DNA from: an uncultured Actinomycetes bacterium
GTDB taxonomy: Bacteria; Actinomycetota; UBA4738; HRBIN12
Direction of reading: 5' to 3'
DNA: 64,000 nucleotides
Assembly: GCA_963850315.1 (NCBI GenBank)
Contig: CAWKKN010000007.1
Coordinates: forward strand, 71,222 to 135,221
Positions 57,255-64,000 of this stretch are shown here, piece after piece. The notes beneath the pieces were generated by a model. It did no database searches, was not told the DNA's origin, and saw only the letters and a list, made by a program, of their open reading frames with translations. Numbering within the stretch: the first letter of the stretch is position 1; every line of letters begins with the position of its first letter. Position numbers and translations under genes: made by a program.

Positions 57255-57638
57255 TCAGCGATCCCCAACGGCCGGGCGGGCGGCCTCCCACGCGGACTCC
57301 AACCGGTCGGGCCCGAACGAGGCCTTAGGGATGTAGGCGGCGGCGCCACACTCGACGGCCCGCGGTGCGTACTCCTCCTCCTCGTAGGTCGACAGGAGGA
57401 GCACGACGGCAGTGTTCTCGACCCGGGCGAGGATCTGGCGCGTGGCGTCCAGCCCGTTGATGCCGGGCAGATTGACGTCCATCAGCACCAGGTCCGGATG
57501 CAGGTCGGCCGCCATGCGCACGGAGTCCTCACCCGTCTCGGCCTCGCCCACGACCTCGAACCCCTCCGTGGCCTCCACGACCATGCGCGCGGCCATCCGG
57601 AAGGGCTCCTGATCGTCGACGATCAACACGCGAACCAT
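57255..57638 (-). CDS. Single-domain response regulator (REC only)
   Basis: MVRVLIVDDQEPFRMAAR...LVLMDVNLPGING...VVLLLSTY. 127 aa. No output domain. Confidence 0.8.
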   Translation of the reverse strand: MVRVLIVDDQEPFRMAARMVVEATEGFEVVGEAETGEDSVRMAADLHPDLVLMDVNLPGINGLDATRQILARVENTAVVLLLSTYEEEEYAPRAVECGAAAYIPKASFGPDRLESAWEAARPAVGDR

Positions 57639-57721
57639 CCTGCTTCAAGGGTCGCAGAGGGCGCCGCCGCTGCCAGTGATGCCAGCACCACTTTCGGGGA
57701 GCTGCCAGGACGAGGCCCGGT

Positions 57722-58837
57722 CTACCGCTGGGGCGCGTCGGCGAGGCGGAGGAACGCGCGTTCCAGGACCAGTCGCGTGTTCAGGTTGAGATCTTCGGCC
57801 AGCTCGGCACGTGCCTCCTCGACGCCGGCGAGGCCTCGAGCGGCATGGGCCACCGAAAGGCGGTCGTCGGGCGGGAGATCCGGGTTCATCAAGACGTCGG
57901 GGCCTCCGCCCACCGCGGAGGCGATCGCGTCCCGCAGCAGGCTCGAGGTCGCCAGCAGCACCCAATCGACGTAATCGCGCTCGGCACGCCGTTCCTTGCG
58001 CTGGAAGCGGATCTCGATGCGCTTGATGGCGCCACGATAGGCGTCCTCGGGCCGGCCACGATCGTCCAGGAAGGGCGCGAGCTCCTCATCCAGCTCTGCG
58101 ACGAGGCCCTTCTTGTAGCCTGCGGCGGCCTTGAGCACGACGTCGGCCGCCTCGAGCGATCCCGCCGCCCCCTGGGTGGCGTGGAGGAGGGCACCGCGGG
58201 CGGCGTCGCGGAACGCCAGCCCGTCCTCGCTCACCGCGAGGCGACGCGCACGTCCGAGGTTCCCCCCGGCGAGACGCGCGGCGAGGTGGGCGCGCATCTC
58301 CGGGACACCTTCGCCCACGAGCACGTCCACCACGAAGGCCTCCGACAGCGCGGTGAACGTCACCACGTGACAGCGCGACCAGATCGTGTCGGGAAGCTCG
58401 TGTGCGCGGGCGGACATGAGGAGGAACACGGCATCGGCCGGCGGCTCCTCCAGGACCTTCAGCAGCGTGTCGGCCGCCGCGGGCGAGAGCCGGTCCGCCT
58501 CCCTGATGACGAAGACCTTGCGTCCGGGCTCGGGGGCGGTGCGTGACGCCGGCGTGCAGACCTCCTCGCGGATCGTGTCGACGTGGATGTCGCGGCCCTC
58601 CGGCTCCACGAGGAACACGTTGGGGTGATGCCCCGCCGACGCGAGGCGGCAGGACCGGCACGCGCCGCATCCGCCGTCGGGGCACAGGAGCGCTGCGGTG
58701 AACGCGGTGGCGGCGATCGACTTGCCGGACCCTTCGGGCCCGGCGAACACGTAGGCGTGGTGCGGACGCTCGGCGGCGCTGCGAAGGAACGCCATGGCGT
58801 CCTCTTGCCCCGGAACCCGATCCAGCACCACGCTCAT
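57722..58837 (-). CDS. holB: DNA polymerase III subunit delta'
   Basis: HAYVFAGPEGSGKS (Walker A), a C-x2-C-x2-C zinc module and a KVFVIREADRL box. Conserved topA-tmk-holB synteny. Confidence 0.85.
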   Translation of the reverse strand: MSVVLDRVPGQEDAMAFLRSAAERPHHAYVFAGPEGSGKSIAATAFTAALLCPDGGCGACRSCRLASAGHHPNVFLVEPEGRDIHVDTIREEVCTPASRTAPEPGRKVFVIREADRLSPAAADTLLKVLEEPPADAVFLLMSARAHELPDTIWSRCHVVTFTALSEAFVVDVLVGEGVPEMRAHLAARLAGGNLGRARRLAVSEDGLAFRDAARGALLHATQGAAGSLEAADVVLKAAAGYKKGLVAELDEELAPFLDDRGRPEDAYRGAIKRIEIRFQRKERRAERDYVDWVLLATSSLLRDAIASAVGGGPDVLMNPDLPPDDRLSVAHAARGLAGVEEARAELAEDLNLNTRLVLERAFLRLADAPQR

Positions 58838-58846
58838 GCGGGGATG

Positions 58847-60859
58847 CTACCGTCCGTCACCGTCACTGTCGGGGTGGGCGACGACGCGGTCGATCGCCGC
58901 CTTGACGCCGTCGAATACCTCTGCGGGCCCCGCCTCCGCCTGGACCACCACGAAGCGCTCCGGATGCTCCTCGGCGATCTTCAGGTAAGCGTCGGCGACC
59001 TTCGCATGGAAGTCCTGGCCCTCCAGCTCCATGCGATCGGGCGCTTCGGTGGACCGCAGCAACCCGCGTTCGGGCTCAACGTGCAACAGGATCACGAGGT
59101 CGGGGAACAGCCCCTGGGTCGCCCACACGTTCAGCGTGAGCACGTCCTGTTCGCCGAGACCTCGCGCCCAGCCCTGATATGCGAGCGACGAATCGACATA
59201 GCGGTCGCAGATCACGACCTTGCCCTCCGCCAGGGCCGGGCGGATCACGGACGTCACCGTCTGCGCTCGGGAGGCGGCGAACAGCAGCGCCTCGCTCCGC
59301 GCATCCACCTTCCCGGTGTTGGGGTCGAGCAGCACCTGCCGGATCTTCTCGCCCAGCTCGGTCCCGCCGGGCTCGCGCGTCACGAGGACGTCGTGTCCGG
59401 CGGCCCGCAGATACTCCTCGGCCATCCGGATCTGCGTGCCCTTGCCCGCGCCCTCCACGCCCTCGAACGCGATGAAGATCCCGCTCGTGGGGGGGCGCTT
59501 CAGCTTCGGCACGAGCATGAGGGGTCGCGGACTCGACAGCCGATGCCGCTGCAACAGTCGTCGGGTGTTGAGCCCACCTGCCAGTGCAAGCAGGCCGGCC
59601 GTCCACATCGCGAGCCGCGTGCCCGAGAAGTCGAAGTGCTGCCCCCCGATGTGGAACCCGTAGTTGCCATAGACGGTGGACAGGATAGGGAACAGCGTGA
59701 GGGACAGGAAGAGCCCCAATCGGGAGAGCACCGTCAGCGACGCGAACGTCCGTCCGCGGTACTCGTCCTCGACGTTCTCCTGCAGGAGCGTGTATCCGCT
59801 CACCCACGCCAGCCCGCAGAAGGCGCCCAGCCAGACCGCCACCACCGAGGCCAACGAAAGGTTGGGCATCGCCGCCAACACGAAGAGCGCGCCCGCAGCC
59901 GCGACCATCGCCCAGACGAACGTCACGCTACGGTCGACGAACTTCGTGACCTGGTTGGTCCCAGCCATGCCGATGGCCATGCCCACCCCGAACGCCACCA
60001 CCACGACCCCCCAGCCAGCCGGCCCGGCCCCGAGCGTGAACGTGACGAAGCTGGAGCCCAGCGCCAGGACGGCGCCTACCGCGGCGAACGCCATCACGAT
60101 GCCGGCGGTCATCGCCGCGGCGATCGAGTCCTCGCGCAGGAACCGGACGCCGTCCACCATGTCGTGCCACACGCGGGAAAGGTCGAACCCGCCGAGCGCC
60201 CGCCCCGATGGCGGCGGGATCGGGACGCCGCTCACCATGAACGCCGAGAACGCGAACGTGCCCGCGTCCAGCAGGAGGGGCAACGTCTGCGGATGCGTCC
60301 CGAGCCCCACCGCCTTGCTGAACTCGGCGAGCACGGCGAAGATGATGCCCCCCAGAGGGAGCGTCGCGTAGGTGCTCACCAGGCCGATCGAGTTCGCGTT
60401 CGCGAGCTGGCGCCGGGGAACGATGTTGGGAAGCGATGCGTCGCGCGCAGGGATCCACAGGAGCGACAGGCACTCGATCGCGAACGACAGCAGGAAGATC
60501 GCCCACAGCTCGTGCAGGAACGCCATCGACGCGTACATCGCGCCCCGGCCGATGTCGGCGATGATCATGATCTGCTTGCGATTGACCCGATCGACGATCG
60601 TGCCCGCAACCGGCCCGAACAGGATCGCCGGCAACGTGCGAGCGATCATCACCCCGCTGACCGCGAGGCCCGCGGTCCCGATGGAGCCGGACAGGGTCGT
60701 GACGAGCGAGGTCACGGCGACGAACCCGACCCAGTCCCCCAGCGACGACACGGACATCGCCGCCAGCAGGCGGGAGAAGGCCGGAAGGGTCAGGAGATCC
60801 CTGAGGGTGGCCGACTTCGTGCCGCGCAGTGCCGCGACCTCGTCGGCGAAGGTCGACAC
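58847..60859 (-). CDS. tmk: MFS-type 12-TM membrane domain fused to thymidylate kinase
   Basis: The N-terminal 450 aa are MFS-like (12 TM helices). The C-terminal 210 aa are Tmk (IFIAFEGVEGAGKGTQ P-loop, DRY motif DRYVDSS, LID region). It is one continuous ORF. Large membrane-fused Tmk proteins occur in other actinobacteria. Confidence 0.75.
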   Translation of the reverse strand: MSTFADEVAALRGTKSATLRDLLTLPAFSRLLAAMSVSSLGDWVGFVAVTSLVTTLSGSIGTAGLAVSGVMIARTLPAILFGPVAGTIVDRVNRKQIMIIADIGRGAMYASMAFLHELWAIFLLSFAIECLSLLWIPARDASLPNIVPRRQLANANSIGLVSTYATLPLGGIIFAVLAEFSKAVGLGTHPQTLPLLLDAGTFAFSAFMVSGVPIPPPSGRALGGFDLSRVWHDMVDGVRFLREDSIAAAMTAGIVMAFAAVGAVLALGSSFVTFTLGAGPAGWGVVVVAFGVGMAIGMAGTNQVTKFVDRSVTFVWAMVAAAGALFVLAAMPNLSLASVVAVWLGAFCGLAWVSGYTLLQENVEDEYRGRTFASLTVLSRLGLFLSLTLFPILSTVYGNYGFHIGGQHFDFSGTRLAMWTAGLLALAGGLNTRRLLQRHRLSSPRPLMLVPKLKRPPTSGIFIAFEGVEGAGKGTQIRMAEEYLRAAGHDVLVTREPGGTELGEKIRQVLLDPNTGKVDARSEALLFAASRAQTVTSVIRPALAEGKVVICDRYVDSSLAYQGWARGLGEQDVLTLNVWATQGLFPDLVILLHVEPERGLLRSTEAPDRMELEGQDFHAKVADAYLKIAEEHPERFVVVQAEAGPAEVFDGVKAAIDRVVAHPDSDGDGR

Positions 60860-60865
60860 GAGCGG

Positions 60866-63301
60866 CTAGCCCTCCGCCTTCGCCTTCGTCTTCTTCTTCG
60901 CGGCCGGCTTCTTCTTCGCGGCCGGCTTCTTGGCGGCAGCACGCGCGACGCGAGCGGCGGCCTTCGCCTCCCGGGACGCCGTCTCGGCGGCGACATCGCC
61001 CGACTTCGTGACTTCGAACTCCAGATCCAGCTCCGCACCACAACCCCAGCAGCGCAAGGACTTCGGACGTCGCAACAGGAGCGAGCCGCACTCGGGGCAG
61101 GGCCGTTCGGACTCGGGAGGATTCCCGACGGCACAGTCGCATTCCGGGTACCGGCTGCAGCTGTAGAAGAGCGAGCCGAAGCGGCTGCGCTTCTCGATCA
61201 GCTCTCCCTCGCCGCACTGCGGGCACGTGACGCCGGTGCTCTTCGCGGGATCCTTCTTGATATAGCGGCACTCCGGGTAGCCGCTACAGCCCACGAACGG
61301 ACCGAACCGGCCCACCCGTCGTTGGAGCTGCTTGCCGCACTCGGGGCACGTCTCGTCGAGCATCTCGGGCTCGGCCCGCTCGGAGCCGTCCATGTTACGG
61401 ATGTAGCGGCACTCGGGATAGTTCGTGCAGCCGATGAACTTGCCGTAGCGGCCGAGCTTGACCTCGAGTCGGCCCGCCTCACGCCCTTCCGTGGGGCAGA
61501 GCGGGCAGTCCTCGTCCAGCTCCTCGCTGAACCGCTCGAACGAATGCTCGGCCTTCTCGAGCGCTCGCTCGAACGGCCCGTTGAACTCCTCGAGCATCTG
61601 CAGCTTGCGCAGGTCGCCCTCGGCGATGTCGTCGAGCTCCTTCTCCATGTAAGCGGTGAAGTTCGCGTCGACGACGTCGGGGAAGTGCTCCACGAGCTTG
61701 TCGGTGACGATCTCCCCGACATCGGTGGGCCGGAAGCGCTTCTCCTGCAGCGTCACGTACTCGCGCCGCTGGATCGTGTCGATGATCGACGCGTACGTCG
61801 AGGGTCGTCCGATCCCGAGCTCCTCGAGCGTCTTCACCAGCGATGCCTCGGAGAAGCGCGGTGGCGGCTGCGTGAAGTGCTGCTCGGGCAGGACCTGGAG
61901 CATCCGTAATGGCTGCTCCGCGCTCAGCTCGGGCAGCGTCGCCTCGGCGTCCTCGTCGGGCCCCTCGTCGCGGCCCTCCTTGTAGATCCGGATGAACCCG
62001 TCGAACACCATCGTCTGCCCGGTGGCGCGCAAGCCGTAGAGCGCATCAGCCGCCCGCGCCGAGATGTCCACTCCGACCTGGTTGAACCGCGCGTCGGCCA
62101 TCTGGGTGGCGACCGTGCGCTGCCAGATCAAGGTGTAGAGCCGGAGCTGATCGCGGTCCAGGGCGGCGGCGACCCGCTGCGGGGTGCGCATGGCGCTGGT
62201 GGGGCGGATCGCCTCGTGCGCCTCTTGTGCGTTGCGGGAGCGTGTCTTGTAGCGGCGGGGCTCCTCCAGCGTGTACGCCGCGCCGTACTCCGACGACACG
62301 AGCTCCGCGATCTCGCGGACGGCGGTCTCGGCGATCGTCAGCGAGTCCGTCCGCATGTACGTGATGAGGCCGACGGTGCCTTCACCCGCCAGGTCGACGC
62401 CCTCATAGAGGCGCTGGGCGAGCGTCATGGTCTTGCGGGCGCTGAACCCGAGCTTGCGCGCGGCCTCCTGCTGCATCGTGGAGGTGGTGAACGGAGGCGC
62501 CGGTGAGCGCTTGCGCTCCTTGCGTTCCACCTTGACGACGCGGTAGTCGGCGGCCTGCAGGCGCTCCACGTGCGCGGCGGCGTCGGCCTCCGCGGCGAGC
62601 AGGACGCCCCTCTTGTCGGGCGAGGCGGCGAGGCGGCCCTGGGGGATCTCCACGAGGCGCGCGAGGAAGGACTGCTCGGCGTCCCGCTCCGGTTCTTGGG
62701 GCGTGAGACGGACGTCGACGCTCCAGTACTCCACCGGCACGAACGCTCGGATCGCCCGCTCCCGCTCGACGATGAGACGCACGGCCACCGACTGAACGCG
62801 GCCCGCCGACAGGCCCGGACGCACCCGGCGCCACAGGATCGGAGAGATCCCGTAGCCCACCAGGCGGTCGAGGATCCGCCTCGCCTCCTGCGCGTCGAAG
62901 AGCTTGAGGTCGATAGCCCGTGGCCGGCCGAATGCATCCAGGATGGCGTCGCGCGTGATCTCGGTGAACGTCACGCGCTTCGCCACCGAAGGGTCCACGC
63001 CCAGGAGCGTCGCCACGTGGTACGCGATCGCCTCGCCCTCGCGGTCGTAGTCGGTCGCGAGGATGAGGTCGTCCACGCTCTTGAGCGCCTTCTTCAGCTC
63101 CGCGACGTGGCGCTTGGAGTCCTCGGGCACCACGTAGTCGGGGGCGAAGCCGTGCTCCACATCCACACCGAGCCCGCCGTGGCCCTTGCCGAGATCCCGG
63201 ATGTGCCCATAGGACGCCCGGACGGCGTAGTCGCCGCCCAGGTACTTCTCGATCGTCTTCGCCTTCGCCGGCGATTCGACCACGACCAGGGTTTTCGTCA
63301 T
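60866..63301 (-). CDS. topA: DNA topoisomerase I
   Basis: TOPRIM (LVVVESPAKAKTIEKYLG). Active-site region with the catalytic Tyr (GLITYMRTDS). C-terminal zinc ribbons and a Lys-rich tail (KKPAAKKKPAAKKKTKAK). Confidence 0.95.
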   Translation of the reverse strand: MTKTLVVVESPAKAKTIEKYLGGDYAVRASYGHIRDLGKGHGGLGVDVEHGFAPDYVVPEDSKRHVAELKKALKSVDDLILATDYDREGEAIAYHVATLLGVDPSVAKRVTFTEITRDAILDAFGRPRAIDLKLFDAQEARRILDRLVGYGISPILWRRVRPGLSAGRVQSVAVRLIVERERAIRAFVPVEYWSVDVRLTPQEPERDAEQSFLARLVEIPQGRLAASPDKRGVLLAAEADAAAHVERLQAADYRVVKVERKERKRSPAPPFTTSTMQQEAARKLGFSARKTMTLAQRLYEGVDLAGEGTVGLITYMRTDSLTIAETAVREIAELVSSEYGAAYTLEEPRRYKTRSRNAQEAHEAIRPTSAMRTPQRVAAALDRDQLRLYTLIWQRTVATQMADARFNQVGVDISARAADALYGLRATGQTMVFDGFIRIYKEGRDEGPDEDAEATLPELSAEQPLRMLQVLPEQHFTQPPPRFSEASLVKTLEELGIGRPSTYASIIDTIQRREYVTLQEKRFRPTDVGEIVTDKLVEHFPDVVDANFTAYMEKELDDIAEGDLRKLQMLEEFNGPFERALEKAEHSFERFSEELDEDCPLCPTEGREAGRLEVKLGRYGKFIGCTNYPECRYIRNMDGSERAEPEMLDETCPECGKQLQRRVGRFGPFVGCSGYPECRYIKKDPAKSTGVTCPQCGEGELIEKRSRFGSLFYSCSRYPECDCAVGNPPESERPCPECGSLLLRRPKSLRCWGCGAELDLEFEVTKSGDVAAETASREAKAAARVARAAAKKPAAKKKPAAKKKTKAKAEG

Positions 63302-63476
63302 CTCGGGAACCTCTCGGAGTCGGGCATACCGCGACGGTTCCGGGCCTCCTGGGCGGGGACCGTACCACCGACCGGCACCACATCAGCGCAGCGTCAACCT
63401 CCACACGGGCGACACAGAGGCCCAACAACGCGGTGATACCGTCTGCGTATTCCCGGCCATTTCTCGAGGCAACGGA

Positions 63477-64000
63477 TTGATCGCAGCCATCAGCGACACC
63501 ATCACGAATGCGCTTTCTCATTACGGCTACGCGGCCGTCTTCTTCCTGATGCTCCTGGAATCGGCCTGCGTGCCCATCCCGAGCGAGGTCACGATGCTGT
63601 TCGCCGGAGCTCTCACCAGCACGGCGTTCGCAGGCACCGGCAACGAGCTGACGCTCGAGGGTGTCATCCTGGCCGGGGTGGCCGGGAACCTGGTGGGCTC
63701 ATGGCTGGCCTACGGTGTGGGTTTCGCCGGGGGACGGCCGTTCGTCGACCGCTACGGCCGCTACCTGCTGATCCGCCCACATGAGGTCGATCGCGCCCAC
63801 GCATGGTTCGAGCGCCGCGGTGAGGTCACGGTGTTCGTCGCTCGCCTCCTCCCGGTCGTCCGCACGTTCATCAGCCTTCCCGCAGGCGTCGCGAGGATGC
63901 CGTTCTGGCGCTTCACGTTCTACACGGTGCTCGGGTGCGTCCCCTTCGTGACGGCGCTCGCCTACCTCGGTCACGTGGCGGGGAGCAATTGGGAGAAGGT
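63477..64000 (+). CDS. DedA/SNARE-associated (TVP38) family membrane protein, partial (runs off window end)
   Basis: YGYAAVFFLMLLESACVPIPSEVTMLFAGAL...VFVARLLPVVRTFISLPAGVARMPFWRFTFYTVLG is the DedA signature. TTG 63477 is a candidate start but is uncertain. Confidence 0.7.
   Translation, partial: MIAAISDTITNALSHYGYAAVFFLMLLESACVPIPSEVTMLFAGALTSTAFAGTGNELTLEGVILAGVAGNLVGSWLAYGVGFAGGRPFVDRYGRYLLIRPHEVDRAHAWFERRGEVTVFVARLLPVVRTFISLPAGVARMPFWRFTFYTVLGCVPFVTALAYLGHVAGSNWEK

Noticed and set aside
58847-60859. Separate tmk gene starting at the internal Met before the P-loop
   Set aside because: No stop codon or RBS separates it from the MFS-like part. Kept as a single fused ORF but flagged as uncertain.
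63699-63974. 91-aa minus-strand ORF at window end
   Set aside because: Antisense to the DedA-family gene, whose translation carries clear family motifs.

Overview
This 64 kb window is a high-GC (about 70%) actinobacterial chromosome segment. It is densely coding on both strands, with many overlapping stop/start junctions. I found no CRISPR arrays, integrases or transposases.

A long housekeeping block (about 18.7-45 kb and 57.7-63.3 kb) shows mycobacteria-like synteny. It runs tRNA-Thr, rlmB, ispF, ispD, PIN/TRAM (yacL-like), carD, radA, then clpC, lysS, coaX, panC, a DUF2520 gene, folK, folB, folP, folE, then hpt, tilS, a DUF2342 zinc protease, a second tRNA-Thr, and finally holB, tmk and topA.

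Accessory and signalling genes flank and interrupt this block:
- 3.8-9.3 kb: an island of small enzymes (VOC, ABM, DinB), hypotheticals and an XRE-plus-membrane-protein pair.
- 7070-9229: a phospholipase C / acid-phosphatase-family ORF that reads without a stop into a GNAT acetyltransferase domain.
- 9.3-17.4 kb: a membrane class III adenylate cyclase, a GAF-PAS histidine kinase and a P450.
- 2.2-3.8 kb and 27.0-28.6 kb: two ECF sigma modules, one YciI-like plus a sigma with a TPR-type extension, the other a sigma plus a membrane-anchored TolB-like beta-propeller.
- 45.3-54.4 kb: a signalling cluster with a Usp-UbiB kinase fusion, two paralogous multi-TM histidine kinases, a response-regulator-adenylate cyclase fusion, a NarL-type regulator and a UspA.

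The most unusual items are:
- the kinase / cyclase-fusion cluster with a 66-codon ORF abutting HK1;
- the apparent PLC-GNAT fusion through a G6 homopolymer;
- three perfect tandem copies of a 28-bp hairpin element at the 3' end of the GAF kinase gene;
- an ECF41/56-type promoter motif upstream of the YciI-sigma operon;
- the remodelled fol/pan operon.

The ORF track contains many antisense high-GC artefacts, which I excluded. All calls are from sequence reading and recalled family motifs; no searches were run.
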